From contig JBHGNT010000003.1 in assembly GCA_043228905.1 (NCBI GenBank), positions 15,314,001 to 15,378,000 of the forward strand: a DNA stretch of 64,000 bases, given 5' to 3'. A program made the translations under genes and the position numbers. Position 1 is the stretch's first letter. Each line of letters starts with the position of its first letter. Shown piece after piece: positions 62,801 to 64,000 of this stretch. Source of the stretch: Azolla caroliniana. Its lineage: Eukaryota > Plantae > Polypodiophyta. The notes beneath the pieces are model-generated. The model was not told where the DNA came from, did no database searches, and saw only the letters and a program-made list of their open reading frames with translations.

Positions 62801-64000
62801 CTTCTGGCTGCACCTACAGCCAGTAATGTCCTCAATGTTGCCATCTTTGCAACCGGTGCAAATGTCTCATCATAATCAATTCCTTGCATTTGGGCATATC
62901 CCTTTGCAACCAATCTTGCTTTATGTCTACTTACATTCCCACTGGAATCATGCTTTGTCTTGTAGACCCATTTGCAACCTACCACATTTTTTCCTTTTGG
63001 TAACTTCACCAAATCCCATGTTCTATTTTCAGCCAATGCATCAATCTCTTCTTGCATTGCATCCACCCATTTCTTCTCAGTTTTAGCCTCATCAAAACTA
63101 CTTGGATCAAGGATGTGTACCACCTTAGACATATATGCATAATGCATAGCCATATATGTATCATAACCAAATCTTTCAACAGTTTTTTTTTTCTCTATCT
63201 GATCTTCTCAGTTTCTGATTTGCATCCTTCAATGCTTTTTCCATACCAAGGATTTTCAATCCTCTTATATCAAGAAGATCATCCAATGACATATCTGAAT
63301 CCTCATCTTCCATGTTTTTAGACAGGTCATCCAACATTTCATACTCTAGCATTTTCTGTTTTCCTTTTTTATCATCACATTTTTTGTGTCCTCCACTTTT
63401 TCCACTCCAAGAATTCGAATCAGATTTACCATCTGAACTTTTTGATGGTCCAGAACATTCTATTAATGTTGGACTTTGTTGTCCAACCTTGCTTCCATCT
63501 CTGTGGCAGTCTTCTACATTTTCAGATTTGTCTCTGTCTTCAATCTCATTGTCTTCATCAGTCTCTGGATTCTGTTTTGGATTGTACCAGCTGGCTAACT
63601 CATCAAAGATTACATCCCTACTTGTCACAATCTTCTTTGTTACAGGGTTATAGCATCTATACCCTTTTTGTTCTTTTGAATAGCCAAAAAAAATACATTT
63701 TTCTGCTTTTGGATCCAACTTACTTCTTACTTCTGCAGGCACATGTACATATGCAAGGCATCCAAACACTTTTAAGTGTTCTAAACTAGGTTTCCTTCCA
63801 TAGAAACACTCTTCAGGAGTTGCTTCATGTACTCCCGATGTTATACATCTATTTAGAATATAATTTGCTGTATTTACAGCTTTTGCCCAATAGTACAATG
63901 GCCTATTCTTCTCTGTCATCAAAGCCCTTGCAATGTTCACCAATGTTCTGTTTTTCCTCTCAGCAACTCCATTTTGTTGTGGAGTATATCTACATGTGAA

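Larger units (their letters stand above)
50212..64000 (-). mobile_element. AT-rich Ty1/Copia element (outer): split 3' LTR 50212-50607 + 62071-62115, PPT 62116-62126, INT-RT-RH to the window end
   Basis: [56 protein letters not shown]; internal deletion in RT/RH. Confidence 0.9.

Overview
Eukaryotic, repeat-saturated DNA, probably from a non-seed land plant (an inference from the plant-type cytosolic tRNA-Asp and the retrotransposon lineages). I found no recognisable host protein-coding gene. (1) 1.9-28.3 kb is a head-to-tail array of about 55 monomers of 355-391 bp, each built around a tRNA-Asp(GUC) gene or pseudogene. It has five perfect tRNA copies, a homogenised 1527-bp four-monomer higher-order repeat in the core and degenerate flanks, and is interrupted by LTR elements. 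(2) 28.3-64 kb is a nest of Ty3/Gypsy and Ty1/Copia LTR retrotransposons and fragments. The most unusual signal is a Gypsy-type family with a copy of a tRNA-Arg 3' end (...CCCAC-RRGCGTGCCA) where the polypurine tract should be, seen three times. This family also uses two unrelated LTRs (A and B) in reciprocal order around the same internal region; one B-internal-A copy is flanked by a 5-bp TSD. Two chromovirus fragments show a Tf1-like self-priming signature with a compensatory base change. All of this was read by eye; family names and tRNA isoacceptor assignments need database confirmation.
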